From contig CAIOTT010000041.1 in assembly GCA_903861305.1 (NCBI GenBank), forward strand, positions 1-62,771: 62,771 bases of DNA, given 5' to 3'. The translations under genes were made by a program, and so were the position numbers. Of the stretch, positions 17,421 through 26,185 are shown one piece after another. The stretch is from Candidatus Omnitrophota bacterium. Lineage in GTDB: Bacteria; Omnitrophota; Gorgyraeia; Zapsychrales; Fredricksoniimonadaceae. Under the pieces are notes generated by a model. That model made no database searches. It was not told where the DNA came from and worked only from the letters and a program-made list of their open reading frames with translations. How positions within the stretch are numbered: position 1 is the stretch's first letter; the number at the start of each line of letters is the position of its first letter.

Positions 17421-19856
17421 ATGCATAAGATCAGGTTTTTTGAACAGAAATTCATGGGACGCAGGTTCATGGCGTCTTTTGTCCTGTGCGCGTTCCTGCT
17501 AAATAGCGGGATAGCGCCGGTGCCTTATGCCCGCGCGCAGGCGGTCTTTAATTTGCCGCAACCTGGCAACCGCGTTGCGTTAAGCCCTGCGGTGATCCCT
17601 CCTTTGCTCAAAGCCGTCAAGATCGACCCCGATGATCCCTTGCGTTTCGATTTTATTTTGGATACAGGCAATGTTCCGGTCAGCGATGAAAATATCAAGG
17701 CAGATTCAACCCGCCTGATCAAATATTTCCTGGCCGCGTTGACGGTTCCTGAAAAAGACCTCTGGGTCAACCTCAGCCCTTATGAAAAAGACCGCATTGT
17801 CCCGGAGGCCTTTGGGCGCACCGAGATGGGGCGCGACCTTTTGGCCGAGGATTATCTGTTGAAGCAGATCACCGCGAGCCTGATCTATCCCGAGGGGGAG
17901 ACGGGCAAGACATTCTGGAAACGCGTGTACGCCCAGGCCTTCGCCAAGTTCGGCACAACGGACATCCCTGTCGATACCTTTAACAAGGTCTGGATCATTC
18001 CCTCCAAAGCGGTTGTTTACGAGAATGCCGGCACCGCCACGGCCTATGTCGCCGAGACCCATCTGAAAGTCATGCTGGAATCCGATTATGTAGCCATGTC
18101 CCATCAGAAGGACATGGCAGAATCCCCGGCTCCTGCCGGGGATCTGGCCAAGGAGAAGAGTATGCAATTATTGCCCTCCCCCTTGTGGGGAGGGAATGGG
18201 AGGGGGGAAGATGTTAAGAATATCCTCCGTGACGTCATCATCCCCATCCTGGAAAAAGAAGTCAACGAAGGCAAAAACTTCATCCAACTGCGCCAGGTGT
18301 TCCATTCCCTCATCCTTGCCGCCTGGTACAAGAAAAAGATCAAGGACAGCATCCTGTCCCAGGTGTACGCGGACCAGAACAAGGTGGCCGGCGTTGATAT
18401 CCGTGATCCGCAGGAGGCCTCAAGGATCTACACGCGTTATCTCGAAGCGTTCAAGACGGGTGTTTACAACTATATCAAGGAAGAACAAGATCCGTTGACT
18501 CGGGAAGTGATCCCGAGGAAGTATTTCTCTGGCGGTGTTATTGGCGATATGTCCATGATGAATGTTGTTCCGGTGCCGCTGGATTTTGCTGAAGAGCATG
18601 GTAATAATAAGCTAAAGTTGACGGTTGATATGGCGGCGAACCTATCGGAGATAGATCGTGGTATAAAAAAAGAATTTATCCATCTGCAGTATCCCGTCGT
18701 TGTAAACAATGGGTTGTTGTCAGAGAATTATGTTGGTTATGCCATGGCGGAGAAGGAGTTCGTCAATCCGGATGACCGACCCCTGGTGGGTATTTATGGC
18801 GGCTCTGGTGCGGACATTAGTACATTTCTACCTTCGACTAATGCAATACGTGGGTATTTGGTAGATCAGACTGTGGTGAATAGAGAAAGGTTGAAGAATT
18901 GCTTGCAAGATAATGTGACTGCACTGTCTTCAGAATATAAGAATAAAAAGTTTAAGACTGGATATGGTTGGAGTCGTCCGTCGGGTCTTGCTGATATTGA
19001 AACATATATAGTAATGGAATTGGATGCAATGGGGGTAAGGCGAGAGGATGTTCATATTTTACCTAATGAATTTTCTCAAATTCAGGGTAATGAGTTCTGG
19101 AAGAAAAGATCGCCGAGAGGATATTATGAGCCAGTAACGATTAAATTTCCATGGGCGTATCCTGGGCAAGAAAAGAAAGAGCGTACAATTACATTCATTA
19201 ACGCTGACATAACCAACCCGGTTAAATATCCCAAGAGCTTGAGAGATGCTTTGCAAGAAGGTATTGATTTTTATTATCAACGGGCTTCATATTTTATTCC
19301 CTCAGACTACAAGAGGTTTATTCCTGTATTGTTGGAAGGGATGAGTGCCAACGGGTTTTTGTTAACGGATGAATATTATCTTGATCCTGATAAAATAGGT
19401 GCTGTCAAAAAAGCAGATGACTTGGGAGAGATTCTCCGGGCTGCCGGCCTTGCTTTCATTGGGTCGGAAAAACTAGAGTCGGCGGGGATGAAATATTTTT
19501 CACAGCGGATCATTCAACAAAAAATGGAAGATGGGCTGTTGGATGGGTTTGGTAAGTACGGTTGGAAGATGGTTATGATGCAATTGGAAAAGAGTGATCA
19601 CGCGGCAGCAACACCCAAAGCATTATCCATGTTCAAGAAACCTGACACCGGAGGTATCGACCTGACACCCGCGGATAGGGCCATGCAAATTCAAAACAGA
19701 AGTGGGGCGTTCAAATTCCGCATTGACCCTGCCAGGCTGGAGCAATTGCGCAACGCACCCGGATTTTCACCTATTATTATCAATATCCAGCCCATGACGG
19801 ACCTGAGATTTTTTCTGGGGTTGAAAGATCCAGGGAAAGGCTTGGCTGTCATTTGA
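17421..19856 (+). CDS. Large secreted hypothetical protein (N- and C-terminal modules flanking an AT-rich central domain)
   Basis: An 811-aa uninterrupted ORF with signal-peptide-like FVLCAFLLNSGIAPVPYARAQA. I can name no family. The start is ambiguous (ATG 17421, 17454 or 17469). Confidence 0.7.
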   Translation: MHKIRFFEQKFMGRRFMASFVLCAFLLNSGIAPVPYARAQAVFNLPQPGNRVALSPAVIPPLLKAVKIDPDDPLRFDFILDTGNVPVSDENIKADSTRLIKYFLAALTVPEKDLWVNLSPYEKDRIVPEAFGRTEMGRDLLAEDYLLKQITASLIYPEGETGKTFWKRVYAQAFAKFGTTDIPVDTFNKVWIIPSKAVVYENAGTATAYVAETHLKVMLESDYVAMSHQKDMAESPAPAGDLAKEKSMQLLPSPLWGGNGRGEDVKNILRDVIIPILEKEVNEGKNFIQLRQVFHSLILAAWYKKKIKDSILSQVYADQNKVAGVDIRDPQEASRIYTRYLEAFKTGVYNYIKEEQDPLTREVIPRKYFSGGVIGDMSMMNVVPVPLDFAEEHGNNKLKLTVDMAANLSEIDRGIKKEFIHLQYPVVVNNGLLSENYVGYAMAEKEFVNPDDRPLVGIYGGSGADISTFLPSTNAIRGYLVDQTVVNRERLKNCLQDNVTALSSEYKNKKFKTGYGWSRPSGLADIETYIVMELDAMGVRREDVHILPNEFSQIQGNEFWKKRSPRGYYEPVTIKFPWAYPGQEKKERTITFINADITNPVKYPKSLRDALQEGIDFYYQRASYFIPSDYKRFIPVLLEGMSANGFLLTDEYYLDPDKIGAVKKADDLGEILRAAGLAFIGSEKLESAGMKYFSQRIIQQKMEDGLLDGFGKYGWKMVMMQLEKSDHAAATPKALSMFKKPDTGGIDLTPADRAMQIQNRSGAFKFRIDPARLEQLRNAPGFSPIIINIQPMTDLRFFLGLKDPGKGLAVI
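18174..18207 (+). other. GC hairpin plus G-quadruplex-type G-tract run inside the CDS
   Basis: ccctcccc (18174-18181) pairs with ggggaggg (18187-18194) across the loop cttgt. The sequence GGGGaGGGaatGGGaGGGGGG (18187-18207) has four G3+ tracts. Confidence 0.5.
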
Positions 19857-19919
19857 GCTTCTCTTGGGTCTGGACGTATTTTTCCGTCTGTGTTAAAAAT
19901 CAGGAAGAAAGACATTGTC

Positions 19920-20219
19920 ATGAAAGCATCCGAATTAACGCCGTTTGAACGGGCGGTGCTTAAGGCTACCCTTGAGATCCCCTTTGGAGAAACACGCACG
20001 TATGCCTGGGTGGCCCGGAAGATCGGCAAGCCGGGGGCGGTGCGCGCGGTGGGGCAGGCTTTGCGCAAGAATCCGTATCCGCTTATTATTCCCTGTCACA
20101 GGGTCGTCCGTTCGGATGGGACCCTGGGAAAGTACGCTGGCCTTGATGATGGACGCAAGAAAGAACTGATCGACCTTGAGCGTGAGCTCAGGGAGGTTTT
20201 TGGATCGGGATCTTTCTAG
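19920..20219 (+). CDS. ogt: Methylated-DNA-protein-cysteine methyltransferase family protein (C-terminal/active-site domain only)
   Basis: Active site IPCHRVV. ~99 aa from ATG 19920 (GTG 19890 is also possible). Confidence 0.8.
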   Translation: MKASELTPFERAVLKATLEIPFGETRTYAWVARKIGKPGAVRAVGQALRKNPYPLIIPCHRVVRSDGTLGKYAGLDDGRKKELIDLERELREVFGSGSF

Positions 20220-20242
20220 CCAGGACGATTTGTGTTTTTTGC

Positions 20243-20271
20243 TTGTCGCAACCTCAAAAGCTTAGTATATT
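20243..20271 (+). promoter_or_regulatory. Putative sigma70-type promoter of fba
   Basis: TTGTCG, 17-nt spacer, TATATT. This is followed by the 5'-UTR hairpin agccc-ttcg-gggct (~20287-20299) and the RBS aaggag. Confidence 0.35.
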
Positions 20272-20324
20272 GAAGGCTCGACATTGAGCCCTTCGGGCTT
20301 TCTAATACTAAAAAGGAGAATTTT

Positions 20325-21335
20325 ATGGTTTCTTTTAAAGATCTGGGCCTTTCCAACACACGGGCCATGTTCCAGGGAGCGGTCAAGGGTGGTTATGCCA
20401 TCCCGGCGTACAATTTCAATAATATGGAGCAGATCCAGGCGATCATCACCGCCTGCGTCGAGACCGGTTCACCGGTGATCCTCCAGGTCTCCTCGGGCGC
20501 CCGCAAGTACGCCAACGCGACCTTGCTGCGCTGGATGGGGCAGGGTGCTGTGGAGATGATGAAGGAGATCGCCAAGGCGAAGAACCTCAAAGAGATCCCG
20601 GTCGCATTGCACCTGGATCATGGGGACACCTTTGAACTGGCCAAATCTTGCATTGAATCCGGCTTCTCATCGGTCATGATCGACGGGTCGCATCACGATT
20701 ACGAGCACAACGTTGCATTGACCCGCCAGGTCGTTGAATTCGCGCACAAGTATGATGTCACCGTTGAGGGCGAGCTCGGCGTGCTGTCGGGCATCGAGGA
20801 CGACGTTGTGGCCGCGAAGTCTGTTTATACACAGCCTGAACAGGTTGAAGATTTTGTGAAAAAGACCGGCGTTGATTCGCTGGCCATCTCCATCGGAACA
20901 TCCCATGGCGCGTACAAATTCAAGCCGGCCCAGTGCACCAAGGACCCGAAGACCGGAGTCCTTGTGCCGCCGCCGCTGCGCTTTGACATCCTCGAAGAGA
21001 TCGAACGGCGCATTCCGGGGTTCCCGATCGTCCTCCACGGGGCGAGCTCGGTCATGCCGGAATATGTGGATATGATCAACAAGTTCGGCGGCAAGCTCGA
21101 CGCTGCGGTTGGTATTCCCGAAGAGGAATTGCGCCGCGCCGCGAAATCCGCGGTGTGCAAGATCAACATTGACTCCGACGGGCGCCTGGCCATGACCGCG
21201 GTCATCCGCAAGACCTTTGCCGAGAACCCGGGCGAATTCGATCCGCGCAAATACCTGGGCCCCGCGCGCGACGCCCTGGTCAAGGTTTACAAGCAGAAGA
21301 ACGAGAAGGTCCTCGGGTCGGCCGGCAGGGTGTAA
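20325..21335 (+). CDS. fba: Fructose-bisphosphate aldolase, class II
   Basis: YAIPAYNFNNMEQ, LHLDHG, EGELG, IGTSHGAYKF. Confidence 0.92.
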   Translation: MVSFKDLGLSNTRAMFQGAVKGGYAIPAYNFNNMEQIQAIITACVETGSPVILQVSSGARKYANATLLRWMGQGAVEMMKEIAKAKNLKEIPVALHLDHGDTFELAKSCIESGFSSVMIDGSHHDYEHNVALTRQVVEFAHKYDVTVEGELGVLSGIEDDVVAAKSVYTQPEQVEDFVKKTGVDSLAISIGTSHGAYKFKPAQCTKDPKTGVLVPPPLRFDILEEIERRIPGFPIVLHGASSVMPEYVDMINKFGGKLDAAVGIPEEELRRAAKSAVCKINIDSDGRLAMTAVIRKTFAENPGEFDPRKYLGPARDALVKVYKQKNEKVLGSAGRV

Positions 21336-21340
21336 GCCGG

Positions 21341-21520
21341 ATGGCCGGGAAAGGGCACGTTCAGCTCTGGCATAAAAAGCAGGGCCGCGAGGCGGGTGTT
21401 AACGCGCTCGCGGTCCGCGGGTCTCTGAAGGGCGGCAAGCCCACGGGCCCTGCATCAAAGCTTTCTCCCGCGCAGACGTTCATGAACAATTTGAAAGATC
21501 AGATCAAACAGGCGGTGTGA
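21341..21520 (+). CDS. Candidate small basic protein (59 aa), below the ORF-track cutoff
   Basis: ATG sits 5 nt after the fba stop. Translation: MAGKGHVQLWHKKQGREAGVNALAVRGSLKGGKPTGPASKLSPAQTFMNNLKDQIKQAV. Third-position GC looks like that of neighbouring genes. It fills the only unexplained >200-nt gap in the window. Confidence 0.35.
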   Translation: MAGKGHVQLWHKKQGREAGVNALAVRGSLKGGKPTGPASKLSPAQTFMNNLKDQIKQAV

Positions 21521-21545
21521 TTAATTTTGACAAATCATCAATACT

Positions 21546-22070
21546 ATGATAGATTCGATCAAGAATAAAAATATCGTCCTTGTCGGGTTCATGGCCTCAG
21601 GTAAGACCCTGACCTCGCGTGAACTGGCAAAGCGCCTTGGTATTGAACGCGTGTCTACTGATGAGACCATTGAAACGCGTGAAGGCTGTTCGATCGCTGA
21701 TATCTTCAAGACGAAAGGCGAGCCATATTTCCGGCAGCTTGAACGCGGTATCGTCAGGGAATTTGCTTCTCAGACGGGACTTGTGATCGATTGCGGCGGC
21801 GGCGTGGCCGCCAACGAAGAGAATTTCGATGCCCTCAAACGAACGGGCATCAGCTTTTATCTGAACGCTTCCCCCGAAGCGATCCATCGCCGGACCAAGG
21901 GCAGGACCGACAGGCCTCTGCTCAATGTCCCGGACCCGCTGGAAAAGATCAGGCAACTTTTAGCTGTGCGAGACCCCCATTACCGCAAGGCAGATCATGT
22001 CGTCGAATCAAATGACGACAATATCGGTAAGGTGGTCGATGACATCCTTCACATCCTCAAAGCTCACTGA
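21546..22070 (+). CDS. aroK: Shikimate kinase
   Basis: P-loop LVGFMASGKT, ~174 aa. Confidence 0.9.
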   Translation: MIDSIKNKNIVLVGFMASGKTLTSRELAKRLGIERVSTDETIETREGCSIADIFKTKGEPYFRQLERGIVREFASQTGLVIDCGGGVAANEENFDALKRTGISFYLNASPEAIHRRTKGRTDRPLLNVPDPLEKIRQLLAVRDPHYRKADHVVESNDDNIGKVVDDILHILKAH

Positions 22071-23166
22071 ACGCGACGCCCTCATTGTTTTGAACGCCAT
22101 CAACGGTTTCGGGATCAAGCGCATCCGCCAGCTTATTGAGCGTTTCGGTGGTGCGGCCGATGCTTTGCGGGCGCCTTTACGGGAATTCCTGGAATTTCCC
22201 GGCCTTCCGCAGACGACCCGCGTTAACCTAAGAGCATTCTCTGTTGAAGAATTTTTGGATCGGGACCGTGCCGCTGCTGTCCGCGCGGGAGCACGGGCCA
22301 TTACGTTCCTCGATAAGGATTATCCCCAGTCACTTTTAACCATTGAAAGTTATCCGCCGGTGCTTTACGTCGTAGGGCAGTTCCCGGAGCTTCTGGATTG
22401 TTCCGTGGCGCTGGTCGGTTCGCGCAGGCCTTCGTTGTACGGTCTTCAGACGGCGCGGCGTTTTGCCGCGGAGCTTGCCGAGTACGGTGTTCCCGTTATT
22501 TCGGGGATGGCCAGGGGTGTGGATGCGGCGGCGCATAAAGGTGCCATGATGGCCGGCGGCAAGACGGTGGCGGTTTTGGGGTGCGGACTGGATATCATGT
22601 ACCCGCCGGAAAACCATGGACTTTACCGGGAGATCAAGGAACACGGCTGTGTTATTTCCGAATTTCCTTTCGGTGCCAAACCTTTGCCTGATCATTTTCC
22701 CCGGCGTAATCGCATTGTCAGCGGGCTGTCACTTGGGGTCGTGGTGATCGAGGCTAACATCAAAAGCGGCGCTTTGGTTACCGCCGGGTTTGCGCTTGAA
22801 CAGGGACGGGAGGTTTTTGCGGTACCGGGACGCATTGACAGCCCTTTGTCGGACGGGCCGCATGCGCTGATCAGGCAGGGTGCCAAGCCTGTTTTGTCGG
22901 TGAAAGATATCCTGGATGATCTGCCTGTGGCTGTGACGGCTGCGGGTGGAATGTCAGCAGATCATGCCGGGCAAGGACCGATAGGGCTCTTTTCGGCGGA
23001 GGAGAAGTCTGTTTTCAGCCTTATCGTCAAGGGGTGTGGCACCTATGAAGGGATCGAAGTGCAGACCGGATTCGGCCCGACAACACTTATGCCCATCCTG
23101 CTGGGCCTGGAGTTGAGAGGGAAGATCGTCCAGAAGCCGGGGCGGCTGTATGTGGTGAAGGCGTGA
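22039..23166 (+). CDS. dprA: DNA-processing protein DprA
   Basis: Rossmann-like core VALVGSRRPS...ISGMARGVDAAAH. C-terminal winged-helix-like tail. ATG 22039 with RBS aaggtgg is preferred over 21997. Confidence 0.85.
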   Translation: MTSFTSSKLTERDALIVLNAINGFGIKRIRQLIERFGGAADALRAPLREFLEFPGLPQTTRVNLRAFSVEEFLDRDRAAAVRAGARAITFLDKDYPQSLLTIESYPPVLYVVGQFPELLDCSVALVGSRRPSLYGLQTARRFAAELAEYGVPVISGMARGVDAAAHKGAMMAGGKTVAVLGCGLDIMYPPENHGLYREIKEHGCVISEFPFGAKPLPDHFPRRNRIVSGLSLGVVVIEANIKSGALVTAGFALEQGREVFAVPGRIDSPLSDGPHALIRQGAKPVLSVKDILDDLPVAVTAAGGMSADHAGQGPIGLFSAEEKSVFSLIVKGCGTYEGIEVQTGFGPTTLMPILLGLELRGKIVQKPGRLYVVKA

Positions 23167-23245
23167 TGAAAAATATTTTTCGAAAAGTGTTGCATTGATG
23201 TGTTTTTTGTGGAAAGTATAGACAGTTTCTTAATAACATCTTCTC

Positions 23246-23251
23246 TATAAT
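23246..23251 (+). promoter_or_regulatory. Putative -10 box (TATAAT) placed 5 nt before the topA ATG (leaderless-type)
   Basis: Sequence is tataat-aatat-ATG. There is no purine-rich SD upstream, and the -35 is weak. Confidence 0.3.
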
Positions 23252-23256
23252 AATAT

Positions 23257-25233
23257 ATGTCCAAAGCGCTTGTCATAGTCGAATCACCCGCCAAGGTCAA
23301 GACGATCAACAAGATCCTCGGGGCCAAGTACAAGGTCACCTCGTCCATGGGGCATCTGATCGATCTGCCCAAGTCCACGCTGGGGGTTGACCTGGAGCAT
23401 AACTTTGAACCCAAGCTGATCGTGGTGCGCGCCAAGCAGAAAGTTCTCAGCAAGCTCAAGAAAGAGGCGGAGGGTAAGACCGAGATCTATTTCGCGACCG
23501 ACCCTGACCGGGAAGGGGAAGCCATCGGCTGGAACCTTGTGCCTTATCTTGCAAAAGACAAGAAGTTCTTCCGGGTGGTGTTCCATGAGATCACAAAGGA
23601 AGCGGTCCTCAAGGCGTTCAAGGAGAAACATCAGTTCGATCCCAAGAAGATCGACGCTCAGAACGCGCGCCGTATCCTGGACCGTATCGTTGGGTATCTC
23701 ATCAGTCCTATTCTCTGGAAGAAGGTCGGCAGCCGCTTGAGTGCGGGACGTGTCCAGTCCGTGGCGCTGCGGCTGATCGTGGAACGCGAGCGACAGATCC
23801 AGGCCTTCACGCCTGTTGAATACTGGCAGATCGCCGTTTTTCTTACGAAAGAGGGTGTCACGCCGCCTCTTGAGGCCCAATTGGAAAAGATCTCCGGTGA
23901 AAAGATCGACATCAAGACCGCGGAAGTGGCCAAGTCTGTGGCCGCTGAACTTGCCGTCAAATTGTTCCGCGTTTCCGCGGTGACCACGCGCGAGGTGAAG
24001 CGCAACGCCCTCGCGCCTTTTATCACCAGCACCCTTCAGCAGGAAGCTTTTTCAAAGCTCGGCTTCAACGCCCAGCGGACGATGATGATCGCCCAGGAGC
24101 TTTACGAAGGCGTTGAGATCGGCGAAGAAGACCCTGTGGGGTTGATCACGTACATGCGTACGGATTCCGTCAATCTTGCCAATGAGGCTATTGGCAGGGT
24201 GAGGGATTTTATCAAAGCGGAGTTCGGCAAGGATTACCTGCCCGAGGTCCCGAACAGGTTCAAGTCCAAAAAGTCAGCCCAGGAGGCGCATGAGGCGATA
24301 CGCCCGACGGACGTGCACCGTGCGCCGGCGAGCCTGAAGAAATATCTTACGGAAGACCAGCTCAAACTTTATGAGCTTATCTGGAAACGTTTTGTCAGCT
24401 GCCAGATGACACCGGCTGTTTTTCTGAACAAGAAGATCGAGATCATGGCCGGCGACAAGTACCAGTTCGGGGCGTCAGGGTCGACCCTGCTTTTTCCAGG
24501 GTGCCTGTCGCTGTACAAGACGGCGGATGAGGAGGATAACAAGCAGGACCTCGCGCCCTACATTGAGCAAGATATCCTCCAGATGGTCGAGGTGAAGCCT
24601 TCACAGCATTTCACCAAGCCGCCTCCGCGGTATTCAGAAGCCAGCCTCGTGAAAGCGCTTGAAGAGGACGGCATCGGGCGTCCCAGCACGTATGCGGCGA
24701 TCATCCAGACACTGGTTTTTCGTAATTATGTGACGCGTGACCGCGGTTATTTCACGCCCACCCAGTTGGGGTGTATCATTTGTGACCTGTTGGTGGCCAA
24801 TTTTCCGAAGGTGCTCGATATTTCCTTCACCGCGCAAATGGAGGAGCGGTTAGACCTTGTCGAAGAAGGTCAGCTTAATTCTGTTGAGCTGTTGAGGGAT
24901 TTTTACGGGCCTTTCCGTCAGGAACTTGACGCGGCCATGGGATCTCTCGAAAAGACCAGCATCGCCTTTCACAAAAAATGCCCTGTCTGCTCCGGTGAGA
25001 TGCTGGTGAAGTGGGGTCGCAATGGCCGTTTTGTCAGCTGCGCGGCGTTCCCCCAATGCAAACATGCCGAGCCTTATCCTACCGGTGTTGCATGCCCGGA
25101 AGCCGGATGCGGCGGCGAGCTCGTGGAGAGGCGTAACCGCCGGGGAGGGGTTTTCTTCGGCTGCAGCAAATACCCTGCGTGCAAACATATCACCAACAAG
25201 CTTCCCTCCACTGAACAGCCGAAAGCCGTATAG
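23257..25233 (+). CDS. topA: DNA topoisomerase I
   Basis: TOPRIM motifs LVIVESPAKVKTI and DPDREGE. Active-site Tyr region ITYMRTDS. Two C-terminal zinc ribbons (CPVCSG..CAAFPQCKH and CPEAGCGG..CSKYPACKH). Confidence 0.95.
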   Translation: MSKALVIVESPAKVKTINKILGAKYKVTSSMGHLIDLPKSTLGVDLEHNFEPKLIVVRAKQKVLSKLKKEAEGKTEIYFATDPDREGEAIGWNLVPYLAKDKKFFRVVFHEITKEAVLKAFKEKHQFDPKKIDAQNARRILDRIVGYLISPILWKKVGSRLSAGRVQSVALRLIVERERQIQAFTPVEYWQIAVFLTKEGVTPPLEAQLEKISGEKIDIKTAEVAKSVAAELAVKLFRVSAVTTREVKRNALAPFITSTLQQEAFSKLGFNAQRTMMIAQELYEGVEIGEEDPVGLITYMRTDSVNLANEAIGRVRDFIKAEFGKDYLPEVPNRFKSKKSAQEAHEAIRPTDVHRAPASLKKYLTEDQLKLYELIWKRFVSCQMTPAVFLNKKIEIMAGDKYQFGASGSTLLFPGCLSLYKTADEEDNKQDLAPYIEQDILQMVEVKPSQHFTKPPPRYSEASLVKALEEDGIGRPSTYAAIIQTLVFRNYVTRDRGYFTPTQLGCIICDLLVANFPKVLDISFTAQMEERLDLVEEGQLNSVELLRDFYGPFRQELDAAMGSLEKTSIAFHKKCPVCSGEMLVKWGRNGRFVSCAAFPQCKHAEPYPTGVACPEAGCGGELVERRNRRGGVFFGCSKYPACKHITNKLPSTEQPKAV

Positions 25234-25308
25234 TTGATCTTTTAGCGGCGATTTTCCGCACTTTTTCTTATTTAAATCTTAGTATTAGTTATAATATGTT
25301 TAAATATC

Positions 25309-26169
25309 ATGAATGAACATATTGATTCCTTTTTGAATAAACTTTCTGTCGAGAAGAATTATTCCGAACACACCCTTCTCAATTACCGATCGGACCTGGA
25401 GGAGTTTTTCAGGTTTTTCGGCAGTGAGGACGTTAAAGCGGTGGATTATCCGGCGCTGCGCCGTTTTTTGGCGGAACTTCGCGTGAAAGAGCGCAAGCCG
25501 CGCAGTGTGGCGCGTAAACTTTCGGCCTTGCGGTCATTTTATAAATATCTCCAGCGTGAAGGGATCGTTGACAAGAACCCCGCGGCGCTGGTCCAGACGC
25601 CCAAGCTTGACAAGGCCCTCCCGCATTTTTTAACGGAAGAAGCCGCGACCCAGCTGGTGGAATCTCCGCACAGCGACAAGATGTCAGACCTGCGCGACAA
25701 GGCTATCTTTGAGACGCTTTATGCTTCGGGGATCCGCGTTAGCGAGCTGGTGGGGTTGAGCGCTAAGGATGTTGACCTGATCGGCAATATGATCAAGGTC
25801 TTTGGAAAAGGCAAGAAAGAACGCGTTGTCCCTCTGGGTGATAAGGCCTGTGAAGCGATCCAGGCATACTTGGATGTGCGCGGTTCCGGGGCTGACGCCA
25901 TATTCCTGAACAAGTCCGGGGGGCGGCTTACGGCGCGCAGTGTCCGCAATATCATCAACAAGCACATTGCCGTGGAGGCCATGGCCCAGAAAGTCCATCC
26001 GCACATGTTCCGGCATTCGTTCGCGACGCACATGCTTGACCGTGGCGCGGACCTGCGGTCCGTCCAGGAACTATTGGGGCATGTGAACCTTTCCACAACA
26101 CAGATATATACGCATTTGACAATGGACCGGTTGAAGAAAGTTTACGAGAAAGCGCATCCAAGGGCATAG
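25309..26169 (+). CDS. xerC: Tyrosine recombinase XerC/XerD family
   Basis: HMFRHSFATHML and LLGHVNLSTTQIYTH catalytic motifs. 286 aa. XerC versus XerD cannot be resolved by eye. Confidence 0.85.
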   Translation: MNEHIDSFLNKLSVEKNYSEHTLLNYRSDLEEFFRFFGSEDVKAVDYPALRRFLAELRVKERKPRSVARKLSALRSFYKYLQREGIVDKNPAALVQTPKLDKALPHFLTEEAATQLVESPHSDKMSDLRDKAIFETLYASGIRVSELVGLSAKDVDLIGNMIKVFGKGKKERVVPLGDKACEAIQAYLDVRGSGADAIFLNKSGGRLTARSVRNIINKHIAVEAMAQKVHPHMFRHSFATHMLDRGADLRSVQELLGHVNLSTTQIYTHLTMDRLKKVYEKAHPRA

Positions 26170-26185
26170 GGCGACGGGGAGCGGC

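Noticed and set aside
21336-21460. SRP (4.5S) RNA-like motif ggccgggaaagggca
   Set aside because: It only superficially resembles the GGAA tetraloop region of domain IV. I could not find the symmetric and asymmetric loops or the long closing helix. The region is reported instead as a small-ORF/structured-RNA candidate.
21527-21555. TTGACA-N17-TAGATT promoter-like match before aroK
   Set aside because: The -10 element would lie inside the aroK coding sequence, downstream of its ATG (21546). It cannot drive aroK and is likely a chance match.
25309-26169. Tyrosine recombinase as marker of an integrated mobile element
   Set aside because: Its size and motifs fit housekeeping XerC/XerD. It lies in the common dprA-topA-xerC context, and no att-like repeats, phage or IS genes flank it. 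The tRNA cluster at the window start has no adjacent integrase.
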